DNA from: Planctomycetota bacterium
GTDB lineage: Bacteria; Planctomycetota; UBA1135; GCA-002748355
NCBI GenBank assembly: GCA_011321845.1
Contig: DROQ01000132.1
Coordinates: 1,796-65,795 of the forward strand
Length of the DNA: 64,000 nucleotides
Reading direction: 5' to 3'
The notes below the pieces were generated by a model, which saw only the letters and a program-made list of their open reading frames with translations, was not told the DNA's origin and did not search any database. The position numbers and the translations under genes were made by a program. Position 1 is the stretch's first letter. Each line of letters starts with the position of its first letter. This document shows positions 45,642 to 54,742 of the stretch, piece by piece.

Positions 45642-47303
45642 ATGGCTGTAAAACGCATCGCCTATGATCAGGATGCCCGCGAGAAAATTCGCGAAGGGAT
45701 CCATAAACTCGCCCGCGTCGTCAAGGTGACCCTTGGTCCCAGAGGACGCAATGTCATCATCGAAAAATCCTTCGGCTCCCCGACCGTCACCAAAGACGGT
45801 GTTACCGTCGCCAAGGAGGTGGAGCTCGAAGACCGTTACCAGAACATGGGAGCGCAACTCGTCAAGGAAGTCTCCACCAAGACTTCCGAAGTCGCTGGAG
45901 ACGGGACCACAACCGCTACGGTTCTGGCCGAAGCGATCTTTGACGAGGGACTCCGCCATGTCACCGCGGGAGCCAATCCCATCGCTCTCAAGAGAGGGAT
46001 GGAAGCCGCTGTGGAGGCCGCTGTGGAATGGATCCAATCCCAGGCCAAAAAGATCAAGGGCCGGGAAGAGCAGGAGCAGATCGCGACCATCGCCTCCAAC
46101 AACGACAAGGAAATCGGCAAAATGATCGCCGATGCCTTCCAGCAAGTGGGCGAGGATGGAGTGATCACCGTCGAAGAGGGTCAGTCCCTCGAGTCGAGCG
46201 TGGACCTCGTCGAGGGAATGCACTTTGACAAGGGTTATATCAGCCCCCACTTTGTCACCAACCTCGAGAAGATGGAGACCGTCCTCGAAAAACCCTACAT
46301 CCTTGTCTACGAGAAGAAACTCAGCTCCATCAAGGATATGCTCCCTCTCCTCGAGTCCGTGGCAAAATCGGGACGCCCGCTCCTGATCATTGCGGAAGAC
46401 ATCGAGGGAGAGGCCTTGGCCACCCTCGTCGTCAACAAGATCCGAGGCATGCTCAAATGCGCCGCTGTCAAGGCGCCGGGTTTCGGTGACCGCCGCAAAG
46501 CCATGCTCCAGGACATTGCCATCCTTACAGGAGCCAAGGCTGTCTTCGAAGAACTGGGGATCTCCCTGGATTCTCTGACCCTCGCTGATCTCGGAACCGC
46601 CAAAAAGGTCATCATCACCAAGGACGGAACCACCATCATCGAAGGCGGAGGGAAGAACAAGGACATCCAGGCCCGCATCTCCCAGATCAAGGCTGAAATC
46701 GAAAAGACGAGTTCCGACTACGACAAGGAGAAGCTCCAGGAGCGGCTCGCCAAACTCTCCGGAGGAGTCGCCCAGATCAACGTAGGGGCGGCGACCGAGG
46801 CCGAGATGAAGGAGAAGAAGGATCGCATCGACGACGCGATTCACGCGACTCGCGCCGCCATCGAAGAGGGGATCCTTCCCGGCGGAGGTCTCGCTCTCCT
46901 CAAAGCCCAAAAGGCCATTCTGGACCTCGATCTGAGCGGAGACGAGGACCTCGGTCGGAAAATCGTCGCCCGGGCCATCGAAGCTCCGATGCGCACCATC
47001 GCGAACAACGCCGGAGTCGACGGGAACGTCATCATCCAGAAGGTGAAGGACTCCAAGGGCGCGAACGTGGGCTACAACGCCGCCAAGGACTGCTTCGAAG
47101 ACCTGGTCAAGGCTGGAATCATCGATCCGGCCAAAGTCACCCGGACCGCCCTTCAAAACGCCGTCTCTGTCTCCAGCCTCCTTTTGACCACCGATGCCGT
47201 GGTCTCAGAGGTCCCCGAAGACAAACCTCCCATGCCCGGCGGTGGCGGTATGGGGGGTGGAATGGGCGGCATGGGGGGAATGGGAGGCATGGGCGGCTTC
47301 TAA
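45642..47303 (+). CDS. groEL: chaperonin GroEL
   Basis: 553 aa. [35 protein letters not shown] and a C-terminal GGM repeat. Confidence 0.97.
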   Translation: MAVKRIAYDQDAREKIREGIHKLARVVKVTLGPRGRNVIIEKSFGSPTVTKDGVTVAKEVELEDRYQNMGAQLVKEVSTKTSEVAGDGTTTATVLAEAIFDEGLRHVTAGANPIALKRGMEAAVEAAVEWIQSQAKKIKGREEQEQIATIASNNDKEIGKMIADAFQQVGEDGVITVEEGQSLESSVDLVEGMHFDKGYISPHFVTNLEKMETVLEKPYILVYEKKLSSIKDMLPLLESVAKSGRPLLIIAEDIEGEALATLVVNKIRGMLKCAAVKAPGFGDRRKAMLQDIAILTGAKAVFEELGISLDSLTLADLGTAKKVIITKDGTTIIEGGGKNKDIQARISQIKAEIEKTSSDYDKEKLQERLAKLSGGVAQINVGAATEAEMKEKKDRIDDAIHATRAAIEEGILPGGGLALLKAQKAILDLDLSGDEDLGRKIVARAIEAPMRTIANNAGVDGNVIIQKVKDSKGANVGYNAAKDCFEDLVKAGIIDPAKVTRTALQNAVSVSSLLLTTDAVVSEVPEDKPPMPGGGGMGGGMGGMGGMGGMGGF

Positions 47304-47321
47304 ACCCCTCTCCACCATCCA

Positions 47322-48854
47322 CTATCGCCTGAGAACCCGCACGCGGAACGCCGCCTGCGGGTTCTTTGTTTGTACCCAAGGGCCGATCCCCGGAAGCACC
47401 CTGGACAACAGTTCCACCCCCTTCCCCTGGATGCCAAAACGGGGAAAGGGAGGGGAGAACCAGGACCCGGACAGGGAGCCGAGGACATGTTTGCTCGGAA
47501 CGAAGACCTCCCTCTTTCCCGCCAGGAGGGCCAAAGCGAAGGGTGCGCTTTCTCCCGTTCCGAGCAGCCGGACCCTCGCCTCGCTTTCCTTCCAATCCAC
47601 TTCGACTCTCTCCCCCGAGAATCCATTCCCTCCTGACTTTCGCATGCGAATCATCGCGAAGGGAGTCCTCGCAAAGCTCCCCGTCCACACCAAGGGAAAG
47701 GGAGGAAGGAGGAGAAGCTCTTCAAACCGGGTGGCGACCATCCCCTCGGGGGTCCATCGGAGAACCGGAGTGGTTTCATAATCATTCCAGCTTTCCGGGA
47801 TGTGGACTTCGCCCCCCAGATCCCAGGTTTGGACCAAAAGGAATTGAGCGGAAGACCCCAGGGTTTGCACCGCGAATTCCGCTCGTAAAAAGGAAGGGAG
47901 ATTCCAAACAAGCACCCTACCCAGGGAAGGAATCTTGGAAAGGGAGGAAGACAAGGCCTCTCTTTCTTTCTCCAACTGGGCCGAAACCTTTTTCCAACGA
48001 GCCACATTTCCAAAACCCAGGATGAGGAGCAACAACAACCCCCCATGGAGAGGAACCCGGAGAACAGGCAGCAAGCGATCCCCTTTCTCCAGAAGAAAAC
48101 GGAGTCCCAAGCCCGCCGAAAAAAGCTGCCATAAGAGCCCGCTCCAGGCTGGCGCAGCCCCCAGGAGGTCCACCAAACTTGCCCGGGGGTCCAGGACGGG
48201 ACTCCAGGAAAGGACCTTCCCCAAACCCAGCGTAAAGACCAGGAAAACGCCCCCCGCCACCCAGGCTCCCCAACCCGAATGCCAGGCCCAAACGAGGGAG
48301 AAGAGAAGAAGGGTTTCCCCCCAAGGGAAATGCACTCCAAGGAAAAAGAGAGAAACCAGGCCGGCACCTAAGCCTCCAAGGAGGGATCCTGCCAGGATGC
48401 CTCCGGATGAGGGTTTCCTTCCTCTGTGGAGAGCCATGAGCACCAAGGGGGGAAGGAAGACCAAAGGGAGGAGCAAGTTCTGGTTTCCCAGGATTGCGGG
48501 ACCCTGGGGAGCGATGAGCAAAGACCCCCCGGCGAAGAGTCCCCACAAGAGGGCCTCCCATACTCTCCACTCCCTTAGAGGAGCCAGGAGAAAAACAAGG
48601 ATCCAGCCCCCACCAAAAAACAAAAGAAGCAAGCTTCGAGCCCCCTCGGCAGAGAGGAGTGGTAGGTCCAAGAGACGAAACAGGGCCAACCCCCAGGGCC
48701 CTGCCCCGGCTTGGGGCGGCTGCTTGGATTGCTCCAAAAAAAGAAGCCAGTCGCTGGGCCAACGGACGAGATCTCGAAAGAGGACCCATGTCAAACCAAG
48801 GCCCAACACCACCCCAAGCAAGGCGAATACCCTGCATTTCCAAGGACCACGCAT
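47322..48854 (-). CDS. polytopic membrane protein with C-terminal soluble domain, unknown function
   Basis: From ATG 48854 (MRGPWKCRVFALLGVVLGL...), about 9 hydrophobic helices then about 170 non-membrane residues. Immediately downstream of the histidine kinase. Confidence 0.55.
   Translation of the reverse strand: MRGPWKCRVFALLGVVLGLGLTWVLFRDLVRWPSDWLLFLEQSKQPPQAGAGPWGLALFRLLDLPLLSAEGARSLLLLFFGGGWILVFLLAPLREWRVWEALLWGLFAGGSLLIAPQGPAILGNQNLLLPLVFLPPLVLMALHRGRKPSSGGILAGSLLGGLGAGLVSLFFLGVHFPWGETLLLFSLVWAWHSGWGAWVAGGVFLVFTLGLGKVLSWSPVLDPRASLVDLLGAAPAWSGLLWQLFSAGLGLRFLLEKGDRLLPVLRVPLHGGLLLLLILGFGNVARWKKVSAQLEKEREALSSSLSKIPSLGRVLVWNLPSFLRAEFAVQTLGSSAQFLLVQTWDLGGEVHIPESWNDYETTPVLRWTPEGMVATRFEELLLLPPFPLVWTGSFARTPFAMIRMRKSGGNGFSGERVEVDWKESEARVRLLGTGESAPFALALLAGKREVFVPSKHVLGSLSGSWFSPPFPRFGIQGKGVELLSRVLPGIGPWVQTKNPQAAFRVRVLRR
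47333..47373 (+). terminator. intrinsic terminator after groEL
   Basis: GAACCCGCA-N14-TGCGGGTTC followed by TTTGTTTGT. It overlaps the last codons of the convergent gene. Confidence 0.6.
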
Positions 48855-48909
48855 GGGGGGATCATATCGACCTTTGCTGGAAAAAGCCCCCTGGCTTTCC
48901 TCGGCCGGT

Positions 48910-50601
48910 CTACCAGTGGGCGACTCTCTCCTCGCTCTTGGCCAGACTGAAGGAGAAACAAGCCCCGCCCAATTCCTTGGAGCGTTCGCACCAGATCCGT
49001 CCCCCATGTTGGGCCACGATCTCCCGGCAGATCGGAAGACCCAAACCCGTCCCCTTGGGTTTTTCGGTCAGGGTATCGCCGACTTGCTTGAACTTTTCGA
49101 AGATCAACTCCCAATCCGCCTCGGGAATCCCCGGCCCATTGTCTTCGATACAAAAGAGAATGTTGTCTCCTTCTTCCCGGGCGGAGATCCGAACGACGCC
49201 GTGATCCTGGGGCAGAAACTTGACGGCGTTTCCGATCAAGTTCGTCAAAACCTGGTGCAAGCGGTCTCGATCCGCATGGATGGGAGGAAGGTTCTCCTCG
49301 ACCACCAATTGAATCTCCGCCCCCTTTTCCTGGAGAAGGGGTTGAAACACCTGACTCACACCCCGAAGCATGACCGTGGAATCCAGAGCGTCCGCCCGCA
49401 ACACCATCTCCCCCGCTTCGATCCGGGCTAGATCCAGAATGTCATCGACCAGGCGTGCCAGCCGCTCGCATTCCGAGATCACAACCCCCAAAAACTCTAC
49501 CCGCGTTTCTTCGTCCTCGGGAGCCATGTGCAAAAGGATCTCGGAATAGGACCGAATGGAAGTAAGGGGAGTCCGGAGTTCGTGGGAAACCGAAGACAAA
49601 AAATCTTCCTTCATTCGGTTCAACTCAAACACCGAGGTCATATCCACGAAGACGATCGCCACGCCTTGGACCTCGCCTTGCGATCGCCGCCCCCCCATCA
49701 GGATGGGAGCGATCGATAGGTTGAAGATCGCTCCGGAGAACACCAGGGATTCGAGAATCACCGTCCGGCGGGTCCGATTCGCGGTCTTTACCGCCGCTTC
49801 GATCCGAGGCCGAATGCGTTGGGGAAAGAGTTCCTCGAGCCGCGCCCCCTTCCAGCCACCGTCGGAACAACCGAGGACCTCCTGAGCCACAGGGTTGGCG
49901 AGTACCAGGTCCCCCCCACCATCCGCCACCACGACTCCCTCACCGAGGCTCTGGAGAACCGAGCGAATCTTCTCGAAGGCCATCTCCAAAGCCATGAAGT
50001 TGGCCTGGGAGGTTCGGGCCCGTTCGGAGAAATGCGCCACGAGGCTCCGGATTCCCCTGCCCAAATCCTCGAACTCCCGGATCCCCAAAGCTGGAAGGGG
50101 CTCGCCGTTTTCGAATCCTCCCCCCCCCAGGAAGTCATGGAACTTGGTCCACTTGGCCTCCATGGAACGGAAAAGGAACCAGAGCGCTCCCATGGAACCA
50201 GCGAAGAGGGCGGCAACGCTGAGAATCCAGACCCAGGCAACAGGAGAGGCGCGGCTCAGGCCCTCCATGACCAGACCACCCTCAAGGGTTTGGCTCCAAC
50301 GCTCGCCTTCCCCCTCCAAGCTCCCCAAGTCAAGGAGGGGGCGACCCTCCTCCGATCGCACTTTGAGCCCCCGAAGGGAATGCTCCGCTCCCACGGAGCC
50401 TTCCAAGCTTTCTGCAAGGATCCCCCATTCCCCCCTTCGCCCCAGGGTCTGCACGAGTTCCCCCAAAATACGTCGAGACTCCTCCGATCCCCTGGTTCCG
50501 GGCAAAAACCATAGCGCGAAGAAAACCACCCCTCCAAAAATGGGTAGGAGGATCAGCAATCCCCTGACCATGTTCGCATGGACAAGTCCAGGTGTTTTCA
50601 T
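48910..50601 (-). CDS. sensor histidine kinase (TM-sensor-TM, PAS-like, HisKA, HATPase)
   Basis: H-box LSSVSHELRTPLTSI, N box LTNLIGNAVKF, and G boxes IEDNGPGIP and GTGLGL. Confidence 0.85.
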   Translation of the reverse strand: MKTPGLVHANMVRGLLILLPIFGGVVFFALWFLPGTRGSEESRRILGELVQTLGRRGEWGILAESLEGSVGAEHSLRGLKVRSEEGRPLLDLGSLEGEGERWSQTLEGGLVMEGLSRASPVAWVWILSVAALFAGSMGALWFLFRSMEAKWTKFHDFLGGGGFENGEPLPALGIREFEDLGRGIRSLVAHFSERARTSQANFMALEMAFEKIRSVLQSLGEGVVVADGGGDLVLANPVAQEVLGCSDGGWKGARLEELFPQRIRPRIEAAVKTANRTRRTVILESLVFSGAIFNLSIAPILMGGRRSQGEVQGVAIVFVDMTSVFELNRMKEDFLSSVSHELRTPLTSIRSYSEILLHMAPEDEETRVEFLGVVISECERLARLVDDILDLARIEAGEMVLRADALDSTVMLRGVSQVFQPLLQEKGAEIQLVVEENLPPIHADRDRLHQVLTNLIGNAVKFLPQDHGVVRISAREEGDNILFCIEDNGPGIPEADWELIFEKFKQVGDTLTEKPKGTGLGLPICREIVAQHGGRIWCERSKELGGACFSFSLAKSEERVAHW

Positions 50602-50660
50602 CCGGAGTTCATCGGTTGGCAGTGGAACTTGGAGCCTGCGTTCCCCTCCTCCTTGAAGAA

Positions 50661-53411
50661 ATGCGGGTGATAAGAAGAGGAATCCCAGAGTATGATCTTA
50701 GAATAACTATCTCTATTTCGGCATTGGATTTAGCCCACTTGAAACCCAAAAAAAAACTCAGCCCCCGCGAACGCGACTCGGCCCTGGCCCAAGCTCGGGA
50801 GTATTGGGACAAGGGTCAAAAGGAAGAAGCGTGGGAGATCATCCAAAACCAGGGGCTCTTCCGCTGCAGAACCCTCCCCGTCCGTCGCTTTCTCGCCCAA
50901 GTTTACATGGAAAAAGGGCTGGCAAAGCGCTGCCTCCAACAGACGAGCATCCTCATCCGCAAGGACAAGAGCCTGGAGGTTTCCTATCTCCATGCCACCA
51001 GCCTCCGGGACCTGGGCCGCAACCAGGAAGCCCTCCGCTTCCTCACACCCCTGATTCGCGAACCCGGCCCCCAGGCGACCCCTCTCGAGCTGAGGTTCTA
51101 TCTGCTCTATTTCCTCGCTCTCTTCGACCATTCCCGAAAAGAAGCGATGAGCATTTTCAGCAAGGTGGAAAAGGTCATCGACGAGGCCGAACGGCGGGGA
51201 CAGGAGGAGCTCTTGGCCGAAGCCACCTTCTCCCTAGGCACCTCTCTCCGCAATACCAACCCCGAGCGGGCCATCCAGCTACTCGAGAAGGCGGGAGAAG
51301 CCTATAAAAACCAGGGAAACCTGAAGGCATGGACCAAGGCCTTGAACCACAAGGCCTACACCCTCTACCTGGCTCGGCGCTTGGAAGAAGCTCTTCGTTG
51401 CTACAAACAAGAGGCCAGGATCAAGCGGAGGTTGCGGGATTCCCCGGGCTTCGCAAATACCCTCCTTTCCATCGCCGACCTCCAAATGGAGCTTCTCCAT
51501 TTTCAACGGGCAGCCCTTGTCCTCGGCAAGGCCCTCTCCCTCCTCCCAACCCAGGACCTTTCCTGCATCCTCATGCTGGTCGAATGCGAGTTTCATCTCG
51601 GAGCCGATCCCGAACTCCTCCTGGACTTTCTCGAAAACCATGTGGAACCCCACTGCCACCAGGATTCCCCTTCCCCCAGATCCTACTTCTTTGACCTCCT
51701 CTCCAAGGTTCTCTGGGATCTCGGCCGGAAAAAGGAAGCAAGGGAGGCCCTGCAAAACGCCATCGATCTCAAGACACAACAAGCGGATGCCTCCTTCGCC
51801 TCGCATTTCCTCGCCTACCTGGCTTCCATGCAGAGCAACCGCAGGGAGGTCCGCCGAATCCTGGCCCAGGCCCAATGGAGTTCCCGAAGAGAGCCGGATT
51901 TCACCTGCGACCAGCTTCGACGCTGGATCACGGGCAAACCCGAATCCCCCTTGCCTCACACTCCCTATGAAAGACAAGAGGCCCAGAAACTGAGATCCCG
52001 CCTCGGATGGCTCCTGGGCCCTCCCAAGGAGGAGTCGAAAAAAGACGCATGGGGCGAGGAGCTTGCCAAGGCCCTCTCCCGCTGCGCCCAAGAAGGCCCC
52101 CAGGGAGTCCTCCCTTTTCTCCGGAAGTTCTACGGTGGCCCCCCCCTGGCCCTCCTCACCCTCCTCCCGGGGGGAGACTGGAAGCCCCTCCTCCTCAAGG
52201 GGATGCGGCTCCAGGAAGCCCTCAGCTTCGAGGAGGGAATTGGGAAAAGGGGCCCTCTCGCCCCCAAAAAAACCTGGAAGAGCCACGTGCGGGTCGCTTC
52301 CCCGGATCGAGGACTTCTGCTCTGCATCGGCTCCAAGAGGCGCTTCTTCCGCTTCGGCCCAAAAGACGTCCGAAGCCTTGAGACCTTCTTGGAACTCCTG
52401 CAACCTGTTCTCCGCTCCTGGGAGGGATTTGGTCCACCCCGAAGCGAAAGCCCCTCCTCCCTTGCGCCCAAGGAGAGTCGCCCCTCCTGCCCCCTCCTCC
52501 TGGGGAGCAGCTCGGCCATCCAAAAGCTCAGGGATCTCACCCACCGCTTCGCCTCCTCCGAGCTGCCTCTCTGCCTCCAGGGAGAGACGGGAACGGGCAA
52601 GAAGACCCTCGCGACCTACCTCCACAAGCTCTCCACCCATGGCCAGGGCCCCCTCGTCTTTGTGGATTGCGCCTCCCTCCAAGAGGGCCTCATCGAATCG
52701 GAACTCCTGGGTCACGTCAAAGGAGCCTTCACCGGCGCCCTCAAGGACCGCCCCGGCCTCTTCCAGCAGGCGACGGGGGGGAGTCTCGTTCTTGTGAACC
52801 CTATGGCCCTCTCGCAGCGGGGCCAAAGGCTCCTCCTGGGCGCCATCGAATCGGGGGGATTCCGCCCCCTCGGAGGGACACGAGTGTTCCCCCTCAACGC
52901 CCGCCTCCTCTGCACCACCAGTAAGAGCCTGGAGCGGGGTCTGGAGGATGGAAGCATCCAAGCGGATCTCTATTACCGCTTGTCGGGGATGACCCTCGAA
53001 CTTCCCCCGCTCCGGAATCGGGTCAGTGACCTTCCCCTGCTCGTCCAGGCCATGCTCCAGGAAGAGCGATTCCCGGGCCCAGCCCCCCTCCCCAGCTCCA
53101 TTCTCGCGCAGCTTCAAATGGAATCCTGGCCAGGCAACCTCCGTGAGTTGAGGAACCGGGTCCGCAAGGCCCTCATCCTCTCGGGAGGAGAACGCTGGGT
53201 CCCCCGTTTCCTCCTCCCCTCAGACTCCAACCCCAGCACCCGCCCCTCCTCCGAGGAGCTTTTGGACCTGAAATCCTCCCTCCGGGACTTCGAGCGCAAG
53301 CGCCTCTTGGGGGCTCTCGCTCGGTTCAACGGGCACCGGGAACGCACGGCGAGGGCTCTAGGGATCTCCCGGCGATGGCTCCAAAAACGGATCCGGGACC
53401 TGGGTCTCTGA
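50661..53411 (+). CDS. sigma54-dependent enhancer-binding protein with a long TPR-like N-terminal region and Fis-type HTH; Walker B degenerate
   Basis: Walker A GETGTGKK, GAFTGA loop (GHVKGAFTGA), ESWPGNLRELRN and C-terminal ARALGISRRWLQKRI. The N-terminal roughly 560 aa is TPR-like. Start is ATG 50661 or GTG 50592. Confidence 0.85.
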   Translation: MRVIRRGIPEYDLRITISISALDLAHLKPKKKLSPRERDSALAQAREYWDKGQKEEAWEIIQNQGLFRCRTLPVRRFLAQVYMEKGLAKRCLQQTSILIRKDKSLEVSYLHATSLRDLGRNQEALRFLTPLIREPGPQATPLELRFYLLYFLALFDHSRKEAMSIFSKVEKVIDEAERRGQEELLAEATFSLGTSLRNTNPERAIQLLEKAGEAYKNQGNLKAWTKALNHKAYTLYLARRLEEALRCYKQEARIKRRLRDSPGFANTLLSIADLQMELLHFQRAALVLGKALSLLPTQDLSCILMLVECEFHLGADPELLLDFLENHVEPHCHQDSPSPRSYFFDLLSKVLWDLGRKKEAREALQNAIDLKTQQADASFASHFLAYLASMQSNRREVRRILAQAQWSSRREPDFTCDQLRRWITGKPESPLPHTPYERQEAQKLRSRLGWLLGPPKEESKKDAWGEELAKALSRCAQEGPQGVLPFLRKFYGGPPLALLTLLPGGDWKPLLLKGMRLQEALSFEEGIGKRGPLAPKKTWKSHVRVASPDRGLLLCIGSKRRFFRFGPKDVRSLETFLELLQPVLRSWEGFGPPRSESPSSLAPKESRPSCPLLLGSSSAIQKLRDLTHRFASSELPLCLQGETGTGKKTLATYLHKLSTHGQGPLVFVDCASLQEGLIESELLGHVKGAFTGALKDRPGLFQQATGGSLVLVNPMALSQRGQRLLLGAIESGGFRPLGGTRVFPLNARLLCTTSKSLERGLEDGSIQADLYYRLSGMTLELPPLRNRVSDLPLLVQAMLQEERFPGPAPLPSSILAQLQMESWPGNLRELRNRVRKALILSGGERWVPRFLLPSDSNPSTRPSSEELLDLKSSLRDFERKRLLGALARFNGHRERTARALGISRRWLQKRIRDLGL

Positions 53412-53561
53412 GCTTCCCCCTCCCCTACGCCCCCCCTCAGCTCTTCCCCCAACCCGGATCCACCCCCTCCAAAACACCCGTAAAAGGAAAAAGGGCTAAA
53501 GTCATGTCTCTGAAACTCCGATGTCATGGGAACTTCATTCCAATTCAGACAAAGGAGACAC

Positions 53562-54125
53562 ATGCGAAACATCCTCTTAACCCTCCCCCTTCTTCTTCTC
53601 AGCGCGGGCTTCGTCCTGATCACCGAGACCTTCGACAATCTGAGCGACATCAACAACGCTGCCTTGCCGGACATGAGCGTCACGACGGGGCTCAGCCTGG
53701 TCGCGGACAGCCAAGGGGGAAAACGAGGCGAATTGGCCGAAGATGGCCAGGCCTTTTTCCACGATAGCCTGCCAGCCAGCCTTTCCTTTGAGTTGGAGCT
53801 GGAGAGTGGTGGCCGCTGCTCCCTCCGACCGGGAACTCGCACTGGACCACAACCCAGTTACGTCATTGCGGTTTTCGACACCTCCAGCAACCCCCAGGGG
53901 AACCCCACCCCCATTCAATTGGCCGCTGGGACACGCTACGAGATCTTCATGACCTTTGGACTGGATGGTTCGGGCCAGCCCCAGGACGACCTCTACTGGC
54001 GGGTTGCTGGCACCACCACCTGGAACCACCAGGACATCGATGTACCTCTCAGCGAACGCAGTGGGCTCTGGGAAGTCCAGGAAACCAACAAGAGCTGGAT
54101 GGACAACATCGAACTCTGCCCCTAA
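53562..54125 (+). CDS. hypothetical secreted beta-rich protein
   Basis: AAGGAGA SD. Signal MRNILLTLPLLLLSAGF. No family recognised. Confidence 0.55.
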   Translation: MRNILLTLPLLLLSAGFVLITETFDNLSDINNAALPDMSVTTGLSLVADSQGGKRGELAEDGQAFFHDSLPASLSFELELESGGRCSLRPGTRTGPQPSYVIAVFDTSSNPQGNPTPIQLAAGTRYEIFMTFGLDGSGQPQDDLYWRVAGTTTWNHQDIDVPLSERSGLWEVQETNKSWMDNIELCP

Positions 54126-54184
54126 GCCCCTTGTTCCTCGACCTGGAGTCCAGGGACCGTGGGGAAACAACCATCGCGGCTCTC

Positions 54185-54222
54185 CTGCCACATATGTGAA
54201 CATTCGTTCACATATGTGGCAG
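54185..54222. promoter_or_regulatory. 38-bp perfect hyphenated palindrome containing two CACATATGTG sites
   Basis: CTGCCACATATGTGAAC-ATTC-GTTCACATATGTGGCAG. The 10-bp palindromes sit at 54189-54198 and 54209-54218 (20 bp centre to centre). It could be a UAS/operator or an RNA hairpin terminator. Confidence 0.6.
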
Positions 54223-54250
54223 TTATACTCTTCCCGGAGTTGAGACACCC

Positions 54251-54285
54251 AAGCCTAAGTTTCCCTTTTTAAGCAACTTAGGCTT
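54251..54285. other. second hairpin (11-bp stem, 13-nt loop)
   Basis: AAGCCTAAGTT-N13-AACTTAGGCTT followed by AATCCAAAAAAATTTT. Confidence 0.3.
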
Positions 54286-54307
54286 AATCCAAAAAAATTT
54301 TACTCCT

Positions 54308-54323
54308 GGGCACATGCCTTGCA
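54308..54323 (+). promoter_or_regulatory. sigma54 (-24/-12) promoter candidate GGGCAC-ATGCC-TTGCA
   Basis: Matches TGGCAC-N5-TTGCA at 10 of 11 defined positions with GG-N10-GC spacing. About 105 bp downstream of the palindrome and about 420 nt upstream of the HEAT-repeat gene. Confidence 0.5.
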
Positions 54324-54742
54324 CTTCCCCAAACAGTTCCTTGGCAACGGCCAGGGAATGATTGGATTGACAAAATGGGAAGTCCAAAAGAGATCGACCC
54401 CGCCGTTCCCCTTCCTCCCACCCGAGGAAGAGGTGGGGCAGCTCGACGGCAGGCGCTGCGCACCACCCCATAGAGGCACGCAGGACCCCTTCAAGTTTGG
54501 ATGAAGGCTTGGAGGGCCGGTGGTTCGGATCGCTTCCCTTAGATGCTGTCATGGATTTCCCCGGGAGGGCAGGGTTGGAAGCCCGAGGCAAGCTTCCTTT
54601 CATCCCCCTGGCCCTCCGCCTTTTTTTTGGGGGGAACTCGGCTGCCCGCCCCTCAGGTCCGTTCCAAGCAAGCCTTCCTCCTCCAAGGCGCGGCCCCTTC
54701 CCTCCCACCTTTCTTCAGCTCATCCCCACCCCCATCCGATAG

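Noticed and set aside
54497-54742. An 81-codon ORF in frame with the HEAT-repeat gene, separated only by TAG: possible read-through or N-terminal extension.
   Set aside because: The translated sequence is Pro/Gly/Arg-rich with no domain character. The downstream ORF has its own signal peptide near its start. Being in the same frame is a 1-in-3 coincidence.
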